64,000 nt of DNA, from positions 48,112,001-48,176,000 of the forward strand of contig NC_043006.1 in assembly GCF_006345805.1 (NCBI RefSeq), in the 5' to 3' direction. Source of the DNA: Octopus sinensis. Lineage: Eukaryota. Positions 37,293-49,125 of the stretch are shown here, one piece after another. A program made the position numbers and the translations under genes. The notes under the pieces were generated by a model. The model had not been told where the DNA came from, did no database searches, and saw only the letters and a program-made list of their open reading frames with translations. Within the stretch, counting starts at the first letter, position 1, and every line of letters begins with the position of its first letter.

Positions 37293-39157
37293 TATATATA
37301 TATATATGTATCATATATTATATATATACTTACACTTATGTATGTGCTTGTATCTGTAGGTCAAACTATGCATACATCGTTTCGTGCGTGTTTATGTAAG
37401 ATTAAGAATACGTATGTCTTATCTATATTTATCATAATGCTATACAGGCCATAATAAAATCATATTTGCATGAATGAATATGTGTGACTCATGGTGTATT
37501 ACAGTAACACATTAAAAAAATTTTTATCCCCTCGAACAAAAAAGACAAAAACTTTAATATATTCCTTGACTTACTCTGGAACGACCGAACGACCGACTTT
37601 CTTGCTAACTAAACATAAGATATTCCGAATTTGAAATGCATGGTACACTTGGAATGAAAGCGCCATCTTCCCATTCGAACATTGAATTTCATACCCATTG
37701 GAATTTCACTCTTTGCTTTTGTTATGAAACGCTCATATGTAATAGAATTCTTCAATTTTTAGTCAAGCGAATTTCCTATCATTACGTTTTCTTCTAAGTC
37801 GTTTTAAAATTCTTTGTTAGTTAACCTAAAATTCTAATATTTGATTAGAGCGATGTCCTGTTGTCTAAATTTTCAGCCTGAAACAATTACACATATGATA
37901 TGATGTCATTTTCAAAATGCCACTTTTAAATATATAAGTTCTACTAGAAACCCCAATACTGAGAACACTCTTCATTTTTGCTCTGAATCTTTGTCTTCAT
38001 TAAATACAACTACGCAAATGTTTTACAAGCGTTATCACATAATTAATACGAAGCTATAGAGATCATTTTGGTGTTAATTTCTCTTTATTCTCAGTAAAAA
38101 ATAAATAAATGTATATCTTATCCTACGGGTTTTTGAGCAGACCTCATCAAATATTAATAACCGCTTCTGCAATTTCTGATGTTTAAGGATTTTTCTTTTT
38201 TTTTTTTTTGCATTGAAAGAACTTTCATAACGACTAAGTCTTTAAAAACTTCGATTTATGGATATCGATAATTTAATTACATTTTACACTGAACAAACAT
38301 GATTTTATTTTCAATATTTTGTGACATGAAGCCGAGAGATTAGAGTATGTTAATTTGTCATTTCATAGTCCGCTTGAGTCGACTTTAACTTTCATCTCAC
38401 AAAATTTGATTTTAAAAAATCTTATTGTTCTATACAGAAATCGATTTAATCAATAATATTCTTCTACTAAACATTTTCTCTTTTGAGTACACAAACGAAA
38501 TCAATATTAATTTTTTTGTGTGTTACATAAGTATTATGTTGAAGTAGGCATTTAAGCGTTTATCTGATCTTAAATGTCTGCCAACCTACTACCCGGTTTC
38601 GAATCTGTATTTACTGCCATGGAATTTTAGTTGCATCCAAATGCCATTTAAGAAAATCATAATAGTCCTCACAACCTTTGCTCATTCGTACTTTCCCTGA
38701 AGATAAATTGTATTTGTACTTCGAGGAAAAGAAAATTATCTGAAGGTTTACTATGAAAACAAAGCGAAATAGCGGGTAACTTCGTTTCGAGCTGCTTGAT
38801 TATAGCGTATTTTAAAAGTCAACTTCTTTTGTTTTTGTTTTTGTTTTAATATCTAACCGAGAGGACCTCTACGTCGTCGGTTTTTCTCTTAAGATATACC
38901 ACTAAAATTTCACTCAAACCATGTCCTATCTTAAACATGCAATTCACATAACATATAATGTGGTCTCGCGTACTCTCTCCTGAAAAGAAAGCGAGTTAGT
39001 CAGAGTTGAGATAAATCCACTAGTAATATTTTGTATTAATTTGCAAAAACAGCGAAGTATCAGAAAGTTTAAGTAGTTGAAAAAAACCATTTCACTTAAT
39101 AAATGAATTGATATTTCCAAGCAGAAATGACGAAAAGGACCTGAAATACCAGACCAT

Positions 39158-39384
39158 TCTTTTACTCTTTTACTCTTTTACTTGTTTCAGTCATTTGACT
39201 GCGGTCATGCTGGGACACTACCTTTAGTCGAATAAAATCGACCCCAGGACTTATTCTTTGTAAGCCTAGTACTTATTCTACTGGTCTCTTTTGCCGAACC
39301 GCTAAGTGACAGGGACGTAGACACACCAACATCAGTTGTCAAGTGCTGGTGGGGGGACTAACACAGACACAAACAACAAACACA

Positions 39385-39420
<36 letters not shown>

Positions 39421-39600
39421 CTTATAGATATATATACGACGGGCTTCTTTCAGTTTCCGTCTACCAAATCCACTCACAAGGCTTTGGTCGGCCCGAGGCT
39501 ATAGCAAAAGACACTTGCCCAAGGTGCCACGCAGTAGGACTGAACCCAGAACCATGTGGTTGGGAAGAAAGCTTCTTACCACACAGCCACTCCTGTGCCT
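39158..39600 (-). mobile_element. CORE-like SINE, full length
   Basis: Same family; internal (CATA)n at the conserved site. Confidence 0.9.
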
Positions 39601-41457
39601 ATTATTGAAATTTCAGGATATATCTCCATTATTCTGGGGTATGTTTGATAAATGGAATAGATAATTAATCCGAAGTGTAATATACACCAGAGAAGTGGAT
39701 GTAATAGAGTCAAAGTTAAAAAGCCGGACTAAAAAGGCTTGACATGAAATATACCGTATATACCTGGTTATGGTCTAAGCAACACCCTCTCTCTCTGTAG
39801 CTATAAACCAAATACACGCAATAGACAGTTTCTATTCAACTTCTAATACACTTAAGCATTTTCTAAAAAGGTATTGTGTTAGCTTAACAAATAACAATGA
39901 TTTATGTGTGGCCATAATGGCGCGATGCTGTTTTCTCAGCATTCTGCTATGAAATGATATTAGGAAAACTCTTTAAGAAACAAATATAAATATTAAACAA
40001 AAATAGCATCTACACATTTTCCTGCCATGTAATAGATGACAAAATAAACCCACCCAGATAATGACACTGGATATTTTGATACGGTTTGTGATTACAAAGC
40101 CTAATATATCAGTTACATAACTAAAGAATGCTTTTAGAGCAAAACAGTAGAGGTTAAATGGGCCTTCACACTATTGTAACTACGAATGTAAACAACGTGG
40201 CATACGAACGAAAAGAAAAATAGCTATTAATGATTATACGTCGGCCCTCTGTGGATATTTTTTTTCGTTCGTTTCTCTTCGTTGATGTTTTATTTTCTTA
40301 GCACAAGGAGTGTGTCTGTGTTAATAGCTGTGAGAATCCGATTTATCGGTTATTTTCAAATTGTTTACATTATTTTCCAAATGCATGCTAGTTAAATACA
40401 TTCATGGTAGATAAATACGACCTTGTGTAATATAGAAATGAACGTGTACGATATATTTTGTGGCTGCTGACAGTTTTATCCTGTACGTCAGCGTCCATTA
40501 TATCCTGCTCTACTTATGTATTATTTTCCGGCTCATATACCGTTTCGTTGTGTCAGGAACTTCTCAGTACAGTTGAGATGTATCCTGAAATCTGCAACAA
40601 AATAATAATTTTTTTTTTTTGGGGGGGGGGCTCCTCGCTCAATTTCATGCTGGATGAGGCGAAAACAACAGCAGGAAAAATAGAATGGGAGACGTAGAGA
40701 ACTTATATATTCCGTTGAAAATACAACAAAAATGTACGTAACTGAAATATATATGTATAAATAAAAATGCATGCACTGTAGTGTGTTAATTATGAGGTGT
40801 GAAAATAGAAAGTTAAAATAGTATTTCTCAGTGAGACATCCCAAGAAAAATAACAAATTGTAATTATTGTAACAACGATATTTTGATCATCATCATCATC
40901 ATCATCATCATCACCACCACTAGAAATGGCAGCATTTTCATCGACATCGTCATCCATTTTCACGTATTTCTACTTCATTAATTCTAACTAGGAATCAACG
41001 AAGCAACTCTACTTGGTCTCTCAACGTTCTAGAGATGATAGTCAAATGTTACTCAAAACATACTCCACCATATTAAAAATAGCACTCGGTGCTGTCTTAA
41101 AATAGATTGTGGAAGGGGCAAGGTTAAGACGTTCTTTTCATAGGCACAAAACCTCACACAATGAAATGGATATATTAGCATACCACAGATACCGACGTTG
41201 CTACAGTTCAAGAACTTCTAATCTGTCACCCGAAAGATGTGTCTTACGATTTTATATTCGTAAGCATATAAAATGCGTGATTTCGGCGTGATTTCAACCC
41301 CTACTCGGTTATTTTCCCTCATAAGCAGCTTATATAATGCAGTTCTATATTTAAGAGATGAGGAATTAGGTACATTCTTTTTATTTCATCTAGTTTCAGC
41401 TCACGAACTGTGGCCATGCGGAGGCACCGCCATTTGGTGTTGCTACATGATTTTACT

Positions 41458-41775
41458 TTACGAATGCTTTTTAGCAATTGACATTTGGTGCATGAGAGAA
41501 TTTGATGCAGCTGTCCTTATCTGCACCTCGTGCCGCGAAGTTGGTTCATCTGGGACACTTGACAGGAAGAGGTCCAGCTTTATTTTGAAGACACTTACAT
41601 TCACCCCATGCAGGTCTCTCAGGTCCTTCGGGAGGATATTGAAGAGCTGTGGACCTCTGCAGCCCAGGCTATTGTAGTATCTTGTCCTACATCTTGATGG
41701 CAAATTTGGAGTCCTTTGCATTATGCAGTGGCGCCCAGTGCTAGTATTTGTGTAACTCTCGATGCCAAAGTTTGG
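41458..41775 (-). pseudogene. CR1/L2-group LINE 3' coding end
   Basis: GRHC...RTRYYNSLGCRGPQLFNILPKDLRDL...FKIKLDLFLSSVPDEP resembles the C-terminus of CR1/L2-group ORF2. The precise clade is not resolvable by eye. Confidence 0.75.
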
Positions 41776-41777
41776 GA

Positions 41778-41895
41778 CATTATTTACATTATTTATACTT
41801 GACTGATATTTGTCCTCATCTTGTTTGTTGTTAACACAACGTTTAGACTGATATACCCTCCAGCCTTCATCAGGTGTCTTGTGGAAATTATATAT
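41778..41895 (-). mobile_element. Penelope-like terminal repeat with mutated hammerhead
   Basis: Minus strand GACAC-CTGATGA-A-GGCTG-GAGGGTATAT-CAGTC-TAAA-CGTT-GTGTT; same family as 29066-29229. Confidence 0.75.
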
Positions 41896-42646
41896 TCCAA
41901 ATGAGCCAACACATGCGACAAAGGTACATACAGGAGTTGTGAGACTGAGGAGATCAGCAAGAACATAGCAATACCCCAGCATAACCGCAGCCGCATATTT
42001 GAAACGTGTAAAGGAATAAAGTATGTGTGTATGTGTCTATGTGTGTGTGTGTGTGTGTGATTTATATGAAAATTTGAAAAAATATATATGTGTGAATATT
42101 TCAAATATTTGTGATATTTGATGTGCACTTGCCAACGCGAGCATAATATACGCAGGTGTTGGGTTGGATGAACGAAGTAGTTCAGGTACAATATTGAGAT
42201 GAAGAAAGAAAAATTGCGGTGAATGATCTATTCTAAGTGGACTTTGCGGTAGACAACACCACAAAATGATTGATTAATGTAGTTCAATAGTTGGCAATTA
42301 GGACAAAAGAATGTGAACTAGAGCAAGACAAATGTTCAACTGACTGAAAACAGCTGGACAGTACATCATAGTTTTGAGGGCAAACGTGGAAAATGAATTG
42401 AGTGCAGAGCAACTAGGAACTGGCTAACAATGTGACTAATGAAGTGGGCGATTAAGAAAATGACGAAGGCAGAAGAAATGATAACAAGTGTGAAGGAGAT
42501 GAATGGCTAAAGGGCGTAAAATGGGATTCAGATTGGAGAACGATGGAGTAGAAACTTGACAAAACACTGGAATAAATGTTGTTTTGAAAGTTTGTGCAAT
42601 GGACAATGAGACACGTATGATAATTGATGATTTCTTGGAATTCATC

Positions 42647-42895
42647 ATTCTTATCATCATCGTCAGCAGCAGCAGTAGCATCAGCAGCAGTAGCATCAGC
42701 AGCAGTAGCATCAGCAGCAGTAGCATCAGCAGCAGTACTGTCATCATCGTCGTGGTCTTTGTCGTCGTCGTCCTCGTTGTAATCATTATTGTTACCATCG
42801 CCATCGTCGTTTGTCGTAATAATGGTCGTCGTCGCCTTGTGTATTCTTTGGCTTCGCAGTTTGCTACCATCATTGCCAACATACTCATCAACATT

Positions 42896-42935
<40 letters not shown>

Positions 42936-42936
42936 A

Positions 42937-42990
<54 letters not shown>

Positions 42991-43056
42991 TATCATCGTC
43001 GTCGTTGTCGTCATCATCATCATCATCACCATCACCACCACCACTACCACCACTAC

Positions 43057-43089
<33 letters not shown>

Positions 43090-43245
43090 TATCATCATTA
43101 TTGTCATTACCATCATTATCACCGTCATCGTCATCGTCCTCATTATCATCATCATCATGATTGTCGTCGTCGTAATCATCATCATTATCATCCTCCTCAT
43201 CCTCTATGAAGATGATGATAATAATTATCATAATAATTATTAATA
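42647..43245. repeat. Compound trinucleotide array, mainly (CAT)n, with a 15-bp CAGCAGCAGTAGCAT minisatellite
   Basis: Seen directly. Confidence 0.96.
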
Positions 43246-43254
43246 TTACTCTCA

Positions 43255-43520
43255 TTGATTTGACTCAGGTTCGTTCTTACTCCGGGTAGAATTCATGATG
43301 GTAGCGGGTTACTACATGTTACCCTAGGTATCCACAAGCATTCAATAGTCTTTCAAGTGCTTAAAACTCTCCTGATAATCTTTCGTGTCGCTAAGGAGCA
43401 AACATTCTCTACAGGGCATTTTATAGAAATCTCCACCAGCCATTTGTTTATATCTATGCTTACAGTTCCCAATACACCAATTATTATAGACACAACCTAT
43501 ACAATTTTCAAATTTCAAAT
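43255..43520 (-). mobile_element. Family A R4/Dong-like 3' remnant
   Basis: Minus strand VVSIIIGVLGTVSIDINKWLVEISIKCPVE...IIRRVLST*; UTR (CCCGCTA.CAT...GGAGT..AAC.AACCTGA) homologous to 18300-18400; trinucleotide arrays on both sides. Confidence 0.75.
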
Positions 43521-43540
43521 ATCATTATTATTATTATTAT

Positions 43541-43587
<47 letters not shown>

Positions 43588-43602
43588 TCATCATCATCAT
43601 TT

Positions 43603-43735
43603 TTCCGCCGAGGTCGACTTTGCTTTTCATCCTTTCGGGGTCGATAAATTAAGTACCAGTGAAAATTGGGGTCGATATAATCGACTTAACCGCTCCCACC
43701 GAAATTTCAGATCTTGTACCTATAGTAGAAAGGAT
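43603..43735 (+). mobile_element. Type M SINE 3' part with (ATC)n tail
   Basis: CCGCCGAGGTCGACTTTGCTTTTCATCCTTTCGGGGTCGATAAATTAAGTACCAGT. Confidence 0.85.
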
Positions 43736-43818
43736 CATCATCATCATCATCATCAACACAACCACCACCACCACCATCACCACAATCACCACCAACAACA
43801 ACAACAACAACATTACTG

Positions 43819-43871
<53 letters not shown>

Positions 43872-45253
43872 GCTACTACTACTACTACTATGATGATGAT
43901 TACGACTGCTGTCGTTATTATCTTTATTAGAACGGCGATCGTAATCATAGTCGAAATTTCATTAATATCAACGCCTTTCATATAATCATGACCATCACCG
44001 CTATCGACATCAATCATCATCTTCATAATCACGAACAACAACAACAACAACAACACAATCAAGGTGATTGTTTTATGTCAGTTTTAGTAATATTTTTCAA
44101 GCCGTACCCATACGAAACATGAATACACACTCGCAAAACGGTTTCGTTTAAGTGATTAACATCACTAAGAAATTCCTCAGCATTTAAGCTTCTCACTTAA
44201 ATCTATCAGACACAGTGGTAGTCGTTTCTAATTTAAGAAAGTAAAGATTGTACAGTCAACTCCACCACTGCTACCATCGCACAATGCTTTTCAGGATCAT
44301 TCCTCCACTTCTTTATGTTTTTAGACCGTGTAAGTAAACTGCTAGAAATAACAGCGAATTCACTCTTGCGTCACTCCACGAGCCAACCGATTTTATAAAG
44401 AAGGAGACATTTCCATAATGTGGTTCAGATATACTATTTCTATCTTTTACCTTTTACCTTTTATTTGACTCAGTCATTAGACATCGGCCATGCTAGGGCA
44501 CCACCGTAGAGAATTTCTTATTCGAATGAATAGACCGCGGTATTTATTAATTAATTTTTTTTTTTTTTTTCAGCTTGGAATTTATGTAGCCGGGCGCTTT
44601 CGTACTTTCAACTACCTGATAAGCTACGGGGATATAAATAGGCCAACGCTGATTATCAAGCAACACAAAGACACCCTTACCTACCCATTTTTTATGCACC
44701 CATATACACACACGCACCCGCCACACATACACACACTTATAGACAGCGGGCTTCATGTAAGTAAAGAGAAAAAGAGAGAACAATGCGATGGTGAACAAAA
44801 CAGAAAACCGAAATCATGTTTGATAAACCACTGTCGACATTGATTCCCTTGCTCAAGGGAAATTAGTTCAGATGGGAGGTCATTCGCTTTACATGCAAGA
44901 GATACCGAGATCGTCGTCTGGATCATTCTCATTGCGTAATTCATTATTATATGCGCAGGAATGCTGTGTGGTTAAGAGATTTCCTTCACAACCATTTGGT
45001 TCGGGTCAGCCTCACTGCGCAGCACCTTGAGCAACTGCCGTCTGCTAGAGCCCCGGATGAACTAAAGCCTTGTGAACGGATTCGATGAATTTCCATCAAA
45101 CTCAACGTAAATATACGTGTAGCCTAAATCGTCAAGGATGCGGCATGAAACGGTGACTTTCTGTTATTATTTATTGCGGTTGTAGTGACTTGATTAAGAA
45201 GTTTGCCAATGCCATGTTTTCTATTTCGCTACTACTACACAGGACCATAATCC

Positions 45254-45480
45254 TTTTACTCTTTTACTTGTTTCAGTCATTTGACAGCGGCCATGCTGCA
45301 ACACCGCCTTTAGTCGAGCAAATCGCCCCCAGGACTTATTATTTGTAAGCCTAGTACTTATTCTATCGGTCTCATTTGCCGAACCGCTAGGTTACGGGGA
45401 CGTAAACACACCAGCATCGGGAGTCAAGCGATGTTGGAGGGACAAACACAGACACACAAACATATACACACACACATATA
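45254..45480 (-). mobile_element. CORE-like SINE, 3' half only
   Basis: Tail matches the family; breaks at the internal microsatellite. Confidence 0.85.
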
Positions 45481-45506
45481 TATATGTGTGTGTGTGTGTG
45501 TATATG

Positions 45507-45540
<34 letters not shown>

Positions 45541-45861
45541 TGTATGTATGTATGTATGTATATATTTATAAGAGAATGTGTGGAAAAGTTCCTGGATTTA
45601 AGGGTATTGCAAAATTCTTGGTTGGAGGTCCAACATTTCGAGTTCTTTTGCGGGGCTTAAAAAATCATGAAAAAAGAGAAAACAAAAAAACGCGAGGACG
45701 TGGAGTGAGTATAGTCGTATTGGACGCTCAGGAAAGGAAAGAAAGAAGGAGGAATTCACGTTTGGAGTGGAGCTCTTCGTCAGAAATATAGAAAAAAAGA
45801 AAAAGTCCAAAGGAGGAAAGACGGAGAAAGAAAATCACCAACGATACACACGCGGTCACAT

Positions 45862-45919
<58 letters not shown>

Positions 45920-46195
45920 AAATATTTTCTTAGATTAAAAGTTATATTCGTTATATTTTTAAAAACTTTAGAAAGAGAATGGTACAACCAGAGAGAAGGA
46001 AGCAGCAGCACACAAAAAAAACATACGTCCAAAAGGTTAAATTTTCTATTTATACTTCTACTAAATACAGTTGACTTTGTTTCACAAAACGGGAAACAAA
46101 GAAAATGAGTATATTACCCGAAACGAAATTTAACTTAAATATTCAGAATAGATATGGTAGACATATTCATGAATACAATTTTGTATTTTATGTTT

Positions 46196-46253
<58 letters not shown>

Positions 46254-46255
46254 CA

Positions 46256-46288
<33 letters not shown>

Positions 46289-46737
46289 GCATACATATAT
46301 ACATATATATATATATATACATATATGCATATATATACGCACACATGCATTTATATATATATGAATATTTATGTAAATATTCACACATATGCATATATAT
46401 ATATATATGTATACACATATACATACATGTATATATATATATACATATATATACGTCAATATACATATATATGTGTGTGTGTTTGTGCGTGTGTGTGTAT
46501 AACATCTATTTTCATCAGCTTAATATCCGTCTGTGTCTTTGAGAAAGTATTGTCTTTAAAAAATATTCAATGTTTTTTTGTTGTTGGTTTTTTTTTTCCT
46601 CCTTTTCTGTTTTCCAAACATCTATTATTTTCCATTTCTGTGCCAAGTAACACAGACCATTTATTTCAAAGAAAGAAATTTAAAGAAAAACCTTATTGGA
46701 TCATTTCCGTGGAAAAAAAAAAAATCATCATCTTCAT

Positions 46738-46769
<32 letters not shown>

Positions 46770-47386
46770 GCAGGAACAAGAGCATCAACAACAACAACGT
46801 GAACTTGTTTTTACTGATGTTAAAATTATACATTGTCACAAAGACAATTAGAGATAGGTTCTTACGTAGAATGAGCACACGTTATCTCTTGCAACTATTG
46901 CTACAATAATACCTAAAAATAGACGGTTTCTCTTCATTTTGCGCAACGAATGAATACAAGCAACTTTAAGGTAGCTTTTGTTACTCTTGTGTTCAGGCAT
47001 TGTTTGAATATATGTTTTTTTTTTCCTTTTGTTGATGTTGTTATTGTTGCCGATGTTACTGTTTCTTTAATAGAAAAGATATATGTGGAATATTCCGTTG
47101 TGACAGCTTTTAAGGTAATGAAACATTAAAACAATGTCGTTGCGTTGCAGTGTAGCATTGTGGTGTATTTAGAAGGTGCATCGTACAAGGAAATAATTTG
47201 AAACGGTAGAGTAGATGAATACAGTGTAAGAGTAATAGCTTTATCCGTATTTCCACAGATCCTCTCTCTAGAATTTATAAATATCACAAAACACAAAATA
47301 TTCTACTTAATACTTTCTAATGGTGGATGAAACGCAGTTAACATTATTAATAGAACAAAGTGTACATACGCCCTCCTATATATATT

Positions 47387-47452
<66 letters not shown>

Positions 47453-47466
47453 ATATTATATATATA

Positions 47467-47518
<52 letters not shown>

Positions 47519-47525
47519 TATAATA

Positions 47526-47635
47526 CAAAATGGGACAAGAACGCACGACATCCGGACAGCTAGGTGATACAAAAAGGGACAACAAAACATCCAGATAGAC
47601 GATACAAAAAAACAAGGACGGGTCATTCGAAGCTT

Positions 47636-47636
<1 letters not shown>
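47526..47636. mobile_element. Half copy of the 47718-47926 MITE in the opposite orientation
   Basis: Reverse complement of 47811-47926, including the internal AAAGCTTCGAATGAC.CGTCCTT segment. Confidence 0.8.
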
Positions 47637-47712
<76 letters not shown>

Positions 47713-47717
47713 AAATA

Positions 47718-47926
47718 CAGAATGGGACAAGAACGCAAAACATCCGGACAACTAGGTGATACAAAAAGGGGCAACAAAACATCCAGATAGACGATACAAA
47801 AAAACAAGAAAGCTTCGAATGACTCGTCCTTGTTTTTTTTTTTTTTGTATCGTCTATCTGGGTGTTTTGTTGTCTCTTTTTGCATCACCTAGTTGTCCGG
47901 ATGTTTTGCGTTCTTGTCCCATTTTG
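47718..47926. mobile_element. MITE with ~90-bp TIRs and TA target duplication (Tc1/mariner-type by TSD)
   Basis: TA|CAGAATGGGACAAGAACGCAAAACATCCGGACAACTAGGTGA ... TCACCTAGTTGTCCGGATGTTTTGCGTTCTTGTCCCATTTTG|TA. Confidence 0.82.
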
Positions 47927-48923
47927 TATTTTTATATATAACATTATTAATACTTTTTTTATATGATAGGCCTTACAGTCACTGCTGGTGATCATATGTA
48001 CAATGGCTTCACGTCCAATAGTCTTTTTAAAAGCAGATGACGCTCTAAGAAGCTCCAGCGTAAAATTCAATGGAATTCTACCACTGCATTTAAAATAGCT
48101 ATGTTTCTATACACAGAAACATTGTGAACTGCATTTCAAAATTCCATAGAAAAATAACATGCTGATGGACAAGGACTCTTTCACAAACACATTCGAATCT
48201 CTAGTCCATGTTGTCTCCTCAGTCTATCATTTTCACGGCGACTACAACGGCCTCTGCCTTATCAGACCTACCCATTTACCTTTGACATCCAACTAAGCTC
48301 TTCTGTATTTCTTTCTCTTCTCATGCATTCTTTTCAGGCCCTGCACTAACCAAATTTTTCAGTCCTTATTCCCCACGAAAACTATCCTCAGGAAGCTCTT
48401 CTTAAAGACTCCTTTCTTCCCATAGGTGTTTCTGTTGAAAATGAACGCAAATTTCGGCAACCTCATAAGCCTCGAGAGAGTATGCCGCAGAAGGTCAAAT
48501 AGTTATTATTATACTTAGAATATATTTTAAATAAACACTCCAAACATACTCCAACATCTAATCTTTGAGAAAAGCAATGCCCACAACGATGTGATGAGCC
48601 GAGCGGCAGTCTATAATCCAGACTCTTGAATATGGTAATATTTTGCCATGTTTAGCGTGCTTCTAACTATGTAGGTTCTTGTATTGGCTACAGATGTAAT
48701 ATTTATAGTGAACTGCGAAGATTAAGTGTGTTTTGATCTGACAAAGATTTTTTTTCATATTTAGCCCAGACAGAAATCTTGAAAGTAGGAGAATTATCGC
48801 TAACTGAATAAAACTGCAGCATATAACATTCCACAGAACAAAGCAGCTCACACAACTATAACTCCTGATCGACCCAACATTTATTTCAAAATATATCTCT
48901 TTATCACCATTATTACAAAACTG

Positions 48924-49125
48924 AAGGGTCACGAGCTGGCTGAATTGCTAGAGCACCGGAGAAAATACATAGTGACATTTCGTTTGTCTTTGTGTTCTGA
49001 GTTCAAATTCCACCGAAGTTGACTTTGCCTTTCATCCTTTCGGAGTCGATGAATTAAGTACCGGTAATCGACAAACGCCATCCCTTAAAATTTCAGGCTT
49101 TGTTTTTATTGTAGAAAGAATTATT
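48924..49125 (+). mobile_element. Type M SINE
   Basis: Head GAGCTGGCTGAATT, central GACTTTGCCTTTCATCCTTTCGG, tail GTAGAAAGAATTATT. Confidence 0.8.

Noticed and set aside
37575-37604. 30-nt symmetric minus-strand exon candidate KKVGRSVVP
   Set aside because: Plausible splice motifs but no independent support.
46866-46912. 47-nt minus-strand exon candidate [16 protein letters not shown]
   Set aside because: Short and unsupported; within chance expectation.
48426-48479. 54-nt plus-strand exon candidate GVSVENERKFRQPHKPRE
   Set aside because: Good acceptor but short, and it lies in sequence that may be a decayed LINE on the other strand.
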